NCBI GenBank assembly: GCA_041288095.1 | Contig: JBGGMJ010000203.1 | Span: 1-45,844 of the forward strand | Length of the DNA: 45,844 nucleotides | Origin: Myxococcota bacterium | GTDB taxonomy: Bacteria > Myxococcota > XYA12-FULL-58-9 > JALHOP01 | Reading direction: 5' to 3' | Shown: in pieces, positions 1 through 8,255 of the stretch | Numbering within the stretch: the stretch's first letter is position 1 | How the letters are laid out: every line of letters starts with the position of its first letter | Notes under the pieces: model-generated | What the model was told of the DNA's origin: nothing | Databases searched by the model: none | The model's input: only the letters and a program-made list of their open reading frames with translations | Position numbers and translations under genes: made by a program

Positions 1-945
1 GGCGAGGCGATCGAAGCGCGTGATTTCGTCGGTCGGGTCGAGGTTCTCGCAGTTGACGCTGACGACGAGCATCTCGGTGTCGCTGGCTTTTAGCTTGCTC
101 TTGAACTCGTATGCTGGCGCCTCGGTGATGGCGGGCAGCGACGTGACCTCGAGCACGAACTGCCCGCGGTCCTGGGTGAGGATGCCGCTGACGTCGCCCT
201 TGATGCGATCGCCGACCTTGAGCTTCGGCGCGATCACGAAGTCGCCGTCCTCGCGGCCGGACACCAGCTTCACGGCGATGGCTTCGGGCTGCGCGTCGTC
301 ATCCGCGATAGCGATCAGAACGCCGGCGCCGTTGACGCGAGTCGCGCCGCTACCGGCATCGGTAACCGCGACGAACTTGCCGAACGCTGTTGGTCCGACG
401 ACGAGCAGGTCCTTGATGGTGACGCGCTCACCCTCGAGGCCCTCGTAGAACTTGATGGCTTCGACCGCTTTGACGTTCGGCTGAACCAGTCCGCCCTTGC
501 CCACGAGACGGGGCGAGCCGACGGCGACGTCGAGGTTCAAGCCGCGGGCCTCGATCATGAGGGTGAGGCGGCCGGCGACCTCGGTGCGCGGTTGCTCCAA
601 CGGCTGCGACTCGGGCTTGAACTCCTTGACGTCGCCGATGACGGTGAGCTTGTCGCCAACAGCGACGCCGGTGCGGTCGGAGCCGGTATAGACCCAAACG
701 GCGCGCGAGCCCTTGGCGCTCTCTTCCTTCGCGGCCTGAAGGTAGAAGCCGGTGCCCCGCAATGCCGTGACGATGCCCTTGGTCTTTACCCGCTCGCCGA
801 CGAGCGGCGAGGTCGGCCCGTCGCCCTGGATCTCACCGATGGTGACCTCTTTGGGAGGCTTCGGCGGCACTGGGCGGCTACTGATGCGCGCGGATTCTTG
901 CGACCAAGCGTGCGCGGGCACGCCGACGGGTTTGATCGGGTCCAT
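1..945 (-). CDS. Extracellular-type endonuclease/exonuclease/phosphatase (ExeM/NucH/YhcR-like, OB-fold plus start of EEP domain); 3' end runs off the window
   Basis: Not in the ORF track because it has no stop in the window. My translation from ATG 945 (RBS GAGGTG upstream): MDPIKPVGVPAHAWSQESARISSRPVPPKPPKEVTIGEIQGDGPTSPLVGERVKTKGIVTALRGTGFYLQ...SRAVWVYTG...VGDKLTVIGDVKEF...FYEGLEGERVTI...SVNCENLDPTD. The IQG..SPL.G, GFYLQ, YE.LEG..V and N.ENL motifs typify this family; the frame is open to position 1. Confidence 0.75.
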   Translation of the reverse strand, partial: MDPIKPVGVPAHAWSQESARISSRPVPPKPPKEVTIGEIQGDGPTSPLVGERVKTKGIVTALRGTGFYLQAAKEESAKGSRAVWVYTGSDRTGVAVGDKLTVIGDVKEFKPESQPLEQPRTEVAGRLTLMIEARGLNLDVAVGSPRLVGKGGLVQPNVKAVEAIKFYEGLEGERVTIKDLLVVGPTAFGKFVAVTDAGSGATRVNGAGVLIAIADDDAQPEAIAVKLVSGREDGDFVIAPKLKVGDRIKGDVSGILTQDRGQFVLEVTSLPAITEAPAYEFKSKLKASDTEMLVVSVNCENLDPTDEITRFDRLA

Positions 946-969
946 GGATACACCTCGAGCGGGAGGGAC

Positions 970-997
970 GTATCGGCAGGGGTTTTACGCTGTTGCG
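970..997 (-). promoter_or_regulatory. Motif A promoter (sigma28-like/ECF-like)
   Basis: Minus strand CGCAAC-N14-GCCGATAC ending 24 nt upstream of ATG 945. Confidence 0.6.
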
Positions 998-1001
998 GGC
1001 G

Positions 1002-1436
1002 TTAGCTCGTTTTAGCTGGGACCCAAAGGCCGCCCGCGGTTTGACGGAAGGCCTCGGTGTTTTCGAGCGCAGCCGCGGCGCCCGCCATGAGGTTCGACGA
1101 GGAAAGGTACTGGGTGATGGCGGCCAAGCCGGCCATACAGGCTCTCATCTCCGCGGAGATCGCGAGCGACTGGAGGGTCATCGGCCCCGTCGTGTCGAAG
1201 GCAGCCAACTGGGCGTGGGCGTTCGCCAACTTGAGGGCCGCGTCTTCGAGGGCTTTGTTGGCCTCGGGTGCCTGCGCGACCGGTGCGCGGGGCGGGATCA
1301 GGAGTCCTCCGGGCCCGCGTGTGTAGCCCGCGCCCAGTGCCTGAGTCGGCGTCCTGGTCTCGCCTCGCGCCTGGGTTTGGCTCAGCAGCTCCGCGGCTTC
1401 GAGGCGCACCTTCTTCGCATAGCCCACGATGTCCAT
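1002..1436 (-). CDS. Hypothetical alanine-rich helical protein (144 aa)
   Basis: C-terminal part of track ORF 1002..2378 (the rest is antisense to the acyltransferase). ATG 1436 gives MDIVGYAKKVRLEAAELL...TAGGLWVPAKTS; fills the gap and has a motif A promoter. Confidence 0.65.
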   Translation of the reverse strand: MDIVGYAKKVRLEAAELLSQTQARGETRTPTQALGAGYTRGPGGLLIPPRAPVAQAPEANKALEDAALKLANAHAQLAAFDTTGPMTLQSLAISAEMRACMAGLAAITQYLSSSNLMAGAAAALENTEAFRQTAGGLWVPAKTS

Positions 1437-1473
1437 TTTTGAATCCCCGGCGGCGGCGGCCCCGTGGAGATCT

Positions 1474-1501
1474 GTTTCGGCACGTCCTCGGCACAGTTGT
1501 G
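1474..1501 (-). promoter_or_regulatory. Motif A promoter
   Basis: Minus strand CACAAC-N14-GCCGAAAC upstream of ATG 1436. Confidence 0.6.
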
Positions 1502-1574
1502 TTTTTAAGGGCTTAGGCACTACACCGCGGACTGCCAGGAGATACTCACGGTCGTTCGCGCCCTCAGCTTCCTG

Positions 1575-2423
1575 ATGCGGATGGTGCCGCTCTCCTGGGC
1601 TCTGGCCTTCGCCCGCGCCATGGCCTGGGTCTGGTTCTGGCTCGTGCCCATCCGCAGACGGGTGGCGCTCGAGAACGTGCGACGGGCTCTCGGCGACGAA
1701 GCTCCGCGCCATGCCATCGTTCGCGGTTGCTTCGCCAATCTCACCATGTTCGCGGCCGAGGCGCTGCGCCTTCCCGAGCTCACCCGCGAGAAGGTCGAGG
1801 CGTTGGTCGAGGTTCAGGGGCAGGAGCACCTGGACGCCGCCCTCGCGTTGGGCCGCGGGGTCGTCGTGGTCTCGGCTCACATGGGCAATTTCGACCTCCT
1901 CGGCTGCGCCGCCGCGCTCCGGGGCGAGCTGACCAACGTCGTCTACAAGGCCATCCGCTGGAAGCAGGCCCACGACTTCTTCTTCGCGGCGCGAAAGCGG
2001 TGCGGCGTCACCGTCATTCCGCCCAAGGGCTCCGAACGGCAGATTCTGCGGGCTTTGCGGGCAAATCAGGCGGTGGCCTTCGTCATCGATCAGCACATGC
2101 CCAAACACAGGGGAGTGGCTTGCCGCTTCTTTGGGCGCTACGCTTCGACGACCCCCGCGCCGGCGCTCTTCGCGATGAAGACCGGAGCGGTGGTACTCCC
2201 GGCGTTGATTCGCCGTGTCGGTCATAGCGGACGTCACGTGAGCACGATCTATCCCCCCATCGCCATGGAAGAGCCTCACGCCGACCGCGCCGCGAACTTG
2301 CGGCACAACATGCAGCGGCTGAACGACTGGCTCGAGGCCGAGGTGCGCAAGACGCCCGAGCAGTGGCTGTGGCTGCACAAGCGCTGGAAGATCGAGCAGA
2401 ACCTCGCGGAGTGGGGGCTGTGA
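1575..2423 (+). CDS. Lipid A/lysophospholipid acyltransferase (LpxL/HtrB family)
   Basis: V.G.EHL..AL..GRGVVVVSAHMGNFD, DQH, FFG..A.T, and C-terminal PEQWLWLHKRWK signature. The frame is open about 20 codons upstream without a canonical start. Confidence 0.9.
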   Translation: MRMVPLSWALAFARAMAWVWFWLVPIRRRVALENVRRALGDEAPRHAIVRGCFANLTMFAAEALRLPELTREKVEALVEVQGQEHLDAALALGRGVVVVSAHMGNFDLLGCAAALRGELTNVVYKAIRWKQAHDFFFAARKRCGVTVIPPKGSERQILRALRANQAVAFVIDQHMPKHRGVACRFFGRYASTTPAPALFAMKTGAVVLPALIRRVGHSGRHVSTIYPPIAMEEPHADRAANLRHNMQRLNDWLEAEVRKTPEQWLWLHKRWKIEQNLAEWGL

Positions 2424-3313
2424 CCCGCAAGAAGCGCGAGCTTTATTTTTCGGGTGCTCCGGTCGAGCTCGACCCGAGCAAGCCGTTGCCCGGCGAGATC
2501 ACTCCCGAGCGGCGTCGCGCCTTCATTTTCGCCGGCTCGTTGGTGGGCTGCTTTTGCCTCGGCCTGGTGCTGGGTTTGGCTTTGGCGCCGCAAACACCGG
2601 CCGAGATCCTCGCCAAGAGCGAGGCCTTGGAAGAAGAGCTCACCGGTGCGCAAAAGCGGATTACCGATCTCGAGCGCACGTTGCAATACCGCGAGACCGA
2701 AAAGCCCATCAAAGCGGGCAAGCTCGCCCCCGAGATCCGCGCTCGCAACCAACAAGGCATCGATCGCATCGCCGTGATGATGAAGCGCTTCAAGGCGCAG
2801 GGTGCGTCGGAGCTCATGGAGTGGTTCGGCAAGCGCTGGAACGACCTCCTCGAAGCGCCCGAAAACGAGGACCGCACCGGCCGGAGAGCCGCGACCCTCG
2901 CCTTGCTCATCGGCGGCATGGCCGAGAACATGCACCCGCAAGACTTCGTCGAGTGGCAGGCGAGCTTCTTTCGCGGCAATTGGCTGGCCGAGCTGCACTA
3001 CGACATCGACGGCGACGGTCTACCCGGCCCTTCGTCGGCGCGGAATCCCAAGGACGGCTTCGCCAACGTTTCGGTTTGCCAGATCGCCATGGCTCTCAAT
3101 CAGTCGGTCACCGATACGCAGATCCTGGTGACGCCCGACATGCGCTGCGATCGTCCGCAATCGCGGATGTCACTGTTCCTCCAAGGGTCGACTTTCAAGA
3201 ACGCCATCGACGAATTCGTCGAAGCGGTCGAGCAAGAGGGCTTTCTCTTGGTCCAGCGCAAAGAGAAAAATGTTAGGCTGATCCTCATCGGGACGAAGCC
3301 CGGCCAGCGGTGA
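2420..3313 (+). CDS. Hypothetical single-pass membrane protein with coiled coil
   Basis: GTG 2420 overlaps the upstream TGA (GTGA). TM segment FIFAGSLVGCFCLGLVLGLALA, then heptad-like LEEELTGAQKRITDLERTLQ and a DIDGDG motif. Confidence 0.7.
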   Translation: MTRKKRELYFSGAPVELDPSKPLPGEITPERRRAFIFAGSLVGCFCLGLVLGLALAPQTPAEILAKSEALEEELTGAQKRITDLERTLQYRETEKPIKAGKLAPEIRARNQQGIDRIAVMMKRFKAQGASELMEWFGKRWNDLLEAPENEDRTGRRAATLALLIGGMAENMHPQDFVEWQASFFRGNWLAELHYDIDGDGLPGPSSARNPKDGFANVSVCQIAMALNQSVTDTQILVTPDMRCDRPQSRMSLFLQGSTFKNAIDEFVEAVEQEGFLLVQRKEKNVRLILIGTKPGQR

Positions 3314-3333
3314 CCCTGCGTCAGTTACTCGAG

Positions 3334-3362
3334 CACACCGCTTCGCCGCTTCAGCCCGAGAA
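3334..3362 (+). promoter_or_regulatory. Motif A promoter (weaker variant)
   Basis: CACACC-N15-CCCGAGAA ending 10 nt before ATG 3373. Confidence 0.35.
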
Positions 3363-3372
3363 AGTATCCTGG

Positions 3373-3927
3373 ATGACGACGAGCGTGCCTTCTGTTCCGT
3401 TGCGGCGCCCCGGCCTCAAAGGCTGGGTGGCGCACCAGCGCGACAAGTCGCTCGGCTGGGCCCGCGAGCAACAGGCGACGGGCACCGGCTACCGCAAGAA
3501 GGCTGCTGAAACCCTGCTCGAGCAGACCGAGCTCTTGGCACAGGGGCGTTCGCTCACCCGCGTCTACCGCACCGAGGAGCGGTTTATCCTCCAGGACAAC
3601 GGCCAGCGGGAGCTGCGCAACGTCGAAGTCGTCAAGTGGATCCCATCTGTGCTCTTTGCGGTCTTGGCGGGGACGTTCGCTGTCGGCTCGTACTTCACCG
3701 TGTTCGGCTACATCTTTGCCGCGGTCGGCGCCGCGCTCTTCGCCGGCATCGCCAAGGGCGCTCGCATCGCCAAACGCGACGACATTGCCTGCACCGCCAA
3801 GCGCATCTCGACGCTCTCGGGCATGGCGCTGATCCCGGTCGTCGGTAACGCGTTTCCGAGCCTGATCCTCGCGTCAGAGCTCAACGCGCTCGCGGCGCTC
3901 CGCAAGAAGATCGCGCCCGCCAGCTAG
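3373..3927 (+). CDS. Hypothetical membrane protein with long bilobed hydrophobic segment
   Basis: Track ORF 3310..3927; start is GTG 3310 (GTGA overlap) or ATG 3373 (MTTSVPSVPLRRPG). About 40-aa hydrophobic stretch WIPSVLFAVLAGTFAVGSYFTVFGYIFAAVGAALFAGIAKG. Stop shares CTAG 3924-3927 with the convergent gene. Confidence 0.65.
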   Translation: MTTSVPSVPLRRPGLKGWVAHQRDKSLGWAREQQATGTGYRKKAAETLLEQTELLAQGRSLTRVYRTEERFILQDNGQRELRNVEVVKWIPSVLFAVLAGTFAVGSYFTVFGYIFAAVGAALFAGIAKGARIAKRDDIACTAKRISTLSGMALIPVVGNAFPSLILASELNALAALRKKIAPAS

Positions 3928-4211
3928 CGCGTCTGGTCCATTTCCACCGGACGAAAGCCGATTTCGAGCTTGGGCCAGCGGGTGGCGAGGATCGTGCGTA
4001 CCGTGCGCTCCCGCATCTCGAGGTTACGGTCGGGCGTTCGATTGGCGTCGATGCCGATGAACAGCGAGCGGCCGTCGTACTGCATCTGCGTGATGTCGAT
4101 GCCGCCGGTGTGCAGCGTGCCCGCGGCAGGGCGCAAGTAGGCCTGAATTTCGTGAACGAATTTAGCACGTTGCAGGCGCGTGAGCTCGGGTACGTCGGCT
4201 TGGTTCTGCAT
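3924..4211 (-). CDS. Small hypothetical protein, NifU-C/NfuA-like pattern without CxxC
   Basis: EIQAYLRP....HTGGIDITQMQYDGRSLFI...VRTILATRWPKL recalls the NifU-C pattern IRP.L..DGGD...V.V; no cysteines. Confidence 0.55.
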   Translation of the reverse strand: MQNQADVPELTRLQRAKFVHEIQAYLRPAAGTLHTGGIDITQMQYDGRSLFIGIDANRTPDRNLEMRERTVRTILATRWPKLEIGFRPVEMDQTR

Positions 4212-4216
4212 GCCCT

Positions 4217-4246
4217 TACTTACACGCTGATGTGGGTCCCCGGTTG
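4217..4246 (-). promoter_or_regulatory. Motif B promoter (ECF-like), probably leaderless transcript
   Basis: Minus strand CAACC-N15-CGTGTAAGTA, 5 nt before ATG 4211; nearly identical to the site at 45118-45147. Confidence 0.6.
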
Positions 4247-4260
4247 GAGACCCGCGCCCC

Positions 4261-5253
4261 CTAATTTGCGGTCGCCTCGCGCGCGATCGCGGTCTTGATG
4301 AGGTCGTTCACGTCGACCTTCTGCAAGCCCACGGCGTTGCCGCCGCCGGGGATGACGACGATGCGCTTGCCCTGGAGCGCGCGCGCCAACGCCAGCTTCA
4401 CGTTGGTGCGGCCGCCGGCGCTCGCCATGGCGCGGTTGAGCTCGATGACGCCCTTCGCCTCGGCTTGCTTCTGCGCCATGATCGCCTCGGCTTCCTTTTG
4501 CCGCGAGAAGGCATAGGCGTCGGCGGCGAGCTTGGCGCGCTGGGCAGAGCCTTGTTCCTGGGCGATCTGCTGGTCGACGTCGCCTCGGGTCTTCTCGAGA
4601 GCGGCGACCCACGCGCCCTGCGCGGCTTCCTTGGCTGAGCGATTGGTGTTCACCGACTGGTCGAACACCTTCTTGTTGACGATGGCTTCTTGGTACTTCG
4701 GGTGGAAGCGGTGATCGCCGAGGGTGATGTTCTCGCAGGCGACCCCGTAGGCTTTGAGGGCCGAGTTCAAGGTGTCGACCGCTTGTTGGCCAGCTTTGAA
4801 TTTCTTCTCGGTATAGATCTCTTCCGATGTGAGCCCGTTCAAGGCGTCGCGCACCAGTGCACGCGATAGCGGACGAACGACCTTCTCGCGCAAATCCTCG
4901 TCACTCACCGCCACTGCTTTCAAGATGTGGATCGCTTGCTGCGGATCGATGCGGTAGAGCACGGTGACGTCGACGCCGACGTCGTTACCGTCACGCGTCT
5001 TGAACTCGACGTCGTCTTGCTCGTCGCGCTGCCCGGTCTCCTGAGCGCGGGTCATGGCGAGCGCTTGGGTCTGAGTGCTGAAGGTGTACCAGTCGTTGAC
5101 CAGCGGCAGGAAGAAGTAGGTGCCGCCGGGAGCGTAGATGGTCGTGTCGATGCCGGTGAGCTTGTTGACGCGCACCCCGACCTCGGTGGAGCCGGTCGAG
5201 CGCTGGGCGCAGCCGCCGGCGAACAGGGCGACTAGGAGGAGAGCGCTTTTCAT
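4261..5253 (-). CDS. SPFH/prohibitin (band 7) domain protein, probable lipoprotein
   Basis: Lipobox-like LFAGGC, TEVGVRV, PGG.YF..P, FKTRDGNDVGVDVTVLYRIDP, Ala/Glu coiled-coil tail. Confidence 0.85.
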   Translation of the reverse strand: MKSALLLVALFAGGCAQRSTGSTEVGVRVNKLTGIDTTIYAPGGTYFFLPLVNDWYTFSTQTQALAMTRAQETGQRDEQDDVEFKTRDGNDVGVDVTVLYRIDPQQAIHILKAVAVSDEDLREKVVRPLSRALVRDALNGLTSEEIYTEKKFKAGQQAVDTLNSALKAYGVACENITLGDHRFHPKYQEAIVNKKVFDQSVNTNRSAKEAAQGAWVAALEKTRGDVDQQIAQEQGSAQRAKLAADAYAFSRQKEAEAIMAQKQAEAKGVIELNRAMASAGGRTNVKLALARALQGKRIVVIPGGGNAVGLQKVDVNDLIKTAIAREATAN

Positions 5254-6305
5254 TCGGCACCAATCATCTTCATCATGGAGTTGATGTTCAGGGGGTTCAC
5301 GCCGTGGGTCTCGTCGCCCACGATGATCAGGTTGATGCCCTCGAGCACCTTCACCATCTCGAGCGCCACGAGGTTCGTGGTGCCGCTCGAGGAGTACGCT
5401 TCATTCACCAGGGCGGTGCCCTTGGCTTCCGAGATGCGCACCTGCGCGTCGCCTTCGGCTTCCTTCTTGCGCTTGTAGAGGTCGGCCTCGGCGCGGATCT
5501 TGGTGACCTCGGCTTCGCCGCGCTGGATCTCGACGTCGACCGAGGCTTGGCCCTCCGATTCGACCTTACGGCGCTCGGCGTCTTCTTTAGCGGCCTCGCC
5601 CTTGGACTTGTTGGTGAAGACGAGCTGATCCTGGACTTTGCGGTTCTCGATCTGCTCCTGGTAGCCGGCCTCGTAGTAGTACTGGCGTACCAGCACGTGG
5701 TCGACCTCGATGCCGACGTCTTTCAAGAGCGCGTTGAGCTCGTCACGCGCCGCCATGGTGCGCTCGATGCGGCGGACCTCGTGATAGAAATCCTCGGCGA
5801 GCAGCTGGCCGAGGTTCTTCTTCATCGACAGCACCGCCTTGGGGATGAGCGCCGCGTCCTCGAAGACCCGGCCCGGCCCGATCTTCGTCATCACCGCGTA
5901 CGGGTCGACGATGCGGTAAAGCACGGTGGCGTCGACCTTCACCTTGCTGCCGTCGGACGTGTCGACCTCGATGAGTCCGGTATGGCGGACATCGCCCGCC
6001 CACGGCGCTTCGGAGCTCGTGCTCTCGGTCATCTCCAGGGCCTGCAGCGCCAGCGGAAAGCGATGCAGGGTCACTCCGAGGGCGGTGAAGTACCAGTGGC
6101 CGCCTTCGTAGATATCCGTTTGGATGCCGCTGCCGTAGCGGGACTCCTTGATGCCTGCCTCGTAGGGCGCGACGTAGTCGTAGCAGGCGTTGAACATGAC
6201 GAAGATGCCGAGGACGACGATGACGATCGGAATGAGACGCGCTGGGGAGCGCGTCGCGAACCAATTCGTCAGTCGCGAGAATTGCTGGGCGGGGGTTGGG
6301 GGCAT
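5250..6305 (-). CDS. SPFH/prohibitin (band 7) domain protein
   Basis: N-terminal TM, VDTSDGSKVKVDATVLYRI, EAE-rich coiled coil; ATGA overlap with its paralogue gives an HflK/HflC-like pair. Confidence 0.85.
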   Translation of the reverse strand: MPPTPAQQFSRLTNWFATRSPARLIPIVIVVLGIFVMFNACYDYVAPYEAGIKESRYGSGIQTDIYEGGHWYFTALGVTLHRFPLALQALEMTESTSSEAPWAGDVRHTGLIEVDTSDGSKVKVDATVLYRIVDPYAVMTKIGPGRVFEDAALIPKAVLSMKKNLGQLLAEDFYHEVRRIERTMAARDELNALLKDVGIEVDHVLVRQYYYEAGYQEQIENRKVQDQLVFTNKSKGEAAKEDAERRKVESEGQASVDVEIQRGEAEVTKIRAEADLYKRKKEAEGDAQVRISEAKGTALVNEAYSSSGTTNLVALEMVKVLEGINLIIVGDETHGVNPLNINSMMKMIGAE

Positions 6306-6339
6306 GCGGCTGGAACGCTACGTCCGCGCGCGACTTTGA

Positions 6340-6366
6340 CGCAACTTTCGCCTGCGCCGGCGATAA
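6340..6366 (+). promoter_or_regulatory. Motif A promoter
   Basis: CGCAAC-N13-GGCGATAA upstream of the 6403 gene. Confidence 0.55.
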
Positions 6367-6402
6367 CTGGACTCCGAAATCGCGAGCAGCCGTTCTATTG
6401 TC

Positions 6403-6966
6403 GTGGGCGTGAGTGACGTGGGTAGTGATGTGACGACCGTGCGGCTGCAGGGCTATGCCGCAAGCTCGGCCGAGCCAGGCCAAGAGAAACAAACCATCAA
6501 CATCAGACGCGATGCCGCCGGCCGCGTCTTGGACAGCAACGAAGAGCTCAAGCGCACGAGCCATGCGGCCGCGCGTCCGGACGCCACCAAGGTCGCGGCG
6601 CTCGCCAGGGATGACCAGGCGGTGCTCGAGCTGACCGCTGCTCTGTATGCTTGCCAGACGCGACGGGTGATGTCGGTCGCCGTTGGCGGCTTCTTCTTGC
6701 TCGCGCCATTCGCCACGGCGGCGTTCGCCGGCGCGGTATCGACCGGCGTCATCGCGCTTTGTGCCGTGGGTGTCGCCGGTAGCGCCGTCGTCTGGGGCGT
6801 CGAAAAGCTCCGCGATGGCAATTGGCACCGCCGCCTTGCCGCGGAACGCGTGCTGGCCGAGAAGCGAGCGTTCGACGTGCTCGCGAAGCCGACGGAAGCG
6901 ACACCGGCAGTGCCGGTGCGCAAGGTCGAGCTCGGTCTCATCGGCCGGCTGTTCGCGGCAATCTGA
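6403..6966 (+). CDS. Hypothetical protein with hydrophilic N-terminus and bilobed hydrophobic hairpin
   Basis: Fills the gap between opposite-strand operons; GTG start at 6403 or 6409. About 45-aa hydrophobic region VMSVAVGGFFLLAPFATAAFAGAVSTGVIALCAVGVAGSAVVWGV; no Sec signal. Confidence 0.65.
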   Translation: MGVSDVGSDVTTVRLQGYAASSAEPGQEKQTINIRRDAAGRVLDSNEELKRTSHAAARPDATKVAALARDDQAVLELTAALYACQTRRVMSVAVGGFFLLAPFATAAFAGAVSTGVIALCAVGVAGSAVVWGVEKLRDGNWHRRLAAERVLAEKRAFDVLAKPTEATPAVPVRKVELGLIGRLFAAI

Positions 6967-6969
6967 CCG

Positions 6970-7833
6970 CTATTGCGGCTGCGCCTGCAGCATCGCCCTG
7001 ATGCGCTCGCGCTGCGGGCTCTCGGGCGCCACCGCCACGAACTGGGTGAAGCTCTCGCGCATGCGTTCCGTGTTGCCTGCCTGCATGGCGAGCATGCCGC
7101 GGAAGAGCCAAGCGTCGGGGAGCTTCGGGTTGTCGTTGGTGATGCTGTCGAGGCGTGAGTTGGCGCCGTTGACGTCGCCGGCGGCGGCCATGAGGACTGC
7201 TTCGTAGACCATCGCCATCTGGTTGTCGGGCGCGATCCTGCGCACGCGCGCGATGGTGGTTTGAGCTTCCTCGAATTGCTGGCTGGCGAGCATCTGGCGC
7301 GCGTGCGCGAGGAGTTGTTGCACGTCGTTCGCATCGGGCGCGGGACGGCCGGCCATTGGGCCGCTGGTCTGCTCGCGCGGCTTTTGCTCGATGGCGACGC
7401 TGGCGATGAGGATGCCGCCGACGATGCCGACGCCGAGCACCCAGGCGAGCGTCCGCGCCCACGGACGCGCGTCGAGCCAGGCTACGGCGGGTGAGACCTC
7501 GCCCTCGGCGACGGCGCGCTTCGGACGGTCAGGGCCGCTCTTGATGACGTCCTTGCCGGAGAGGACGTCGTCGCGCTCACGCAAGGCGGAGGCGGCGCGT
7601 GCTTCGAGCTCGGCGCGCTGCTCGGTGTAGAAGGCGGGCTCGATGCGAGCCTCTTGGAGCTGCAAGTCACGGAGCTGATTGACCGTGTGCTCGACGCGCT
7701 CCTCGAGATCACGAAGCGTCATGTCGCGGTCGGTGGCGACCCCCGCGCGTCGCGCGAGCTTCACCACGATGACGCCGACGAGGGCGCCGAGCGCGAGCAC
7801 GATGATGCCGGGTAACCAGACCTCCAAGGTCAT
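6970..7833 (-). CDS. CcmI/CycH-like TPR protein for cytochrome c maturation
   Basis: TM - LRDL..QEARI...FY...RAELE - TM - TPR repeats; follows ccmH with a 4-nt overlap. Confidence 0.75.
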   Translation of the reverse strand: MTLEVWLPGIIVLALGALVGVIVVKLARRAGVATDRDMTLRDLEERVEHTVNQLRDLQLQEARIEPAFYTEQRAELEARAASALRERDDVLSGKDVIKSGPDRPKRAVAEGEVSPAVAWLDARPWARTLAWVLGVGIVGGILIASVAIEQKPREQTSGPMAGRPAPDANDVQQLLAHARQMLASQQFEEAQTTIARVRRIAPDNQMAMVYEAVLMAAAGDVNGANSRLDSITNDNPKLPDAWLFRGMLAMQAGNTERMRESFTQFVAVAPESPQRERIRAMLQAQPQ

Positions 7834-8255
7834 TGCTCGACCTCTCGGCGGACCGCATCGATGTACGGATCCGAGGCCGCGACCGCCGCGTTGCCTGCTT
7901 TAGCGGGCGCGCCTCGTTTGGTGTAGCGGCGCAGCACGAACAAACCGAGGAGCAGGGCGATCGGCGGCAAGGTCCACAACAAGATCAGCACACCTTCCTT
8001 GCGCGGCTCGAGGAGGACCCAATCGCCGTAGCGCTGCGTGAAGTAATCGAAGATCTGCTCGCGCGAGCTGCCTTCGGCCTGCATCTCGCGGACCTTGCTC
8101 ATCATCGCCTGCGCCATTTCCGACGGCGATTCGCTGATCGGCATGCCTTGGCACACGGGGCAACGCAGTCGCTGACCGATGGCGTGTGCTTCTGCTTCCG
8201 CATCGGCGGACGCGGGACCAGCGGCGATGATCAGCAGGGCGACGAGAAAGCTCAC
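7830..8255 (-). CDS. ccmH: Cytochrome c-type biogenesis protein CcmH
   Basis: LRCPVCQG..I.ESPS.MA, RYGDWVLLEP, LLW.LP; GTG 8255 overlaps the ccmG stop. Confidence 0.9.
   Translation of the reverse strand: MSFLVALLIIAAGPASADAEAEAHAIGQRLRCPVCQGMPISESPSEMAQAMMSKVREMQAEGSSREQIFDYFTQRYGDWVLLEPRKEGVLILLWTLPPIALLLGLFVLRRYTKRGAPAKAGNAAVAASDPYIDAVRREVEQ

Noticed and set aside
490..540. Possible frameshift in the nuclease gene
   Set aside because: Re-reading the G run at 510-513 shows the frame is continuous (GSPRLVGKGG).
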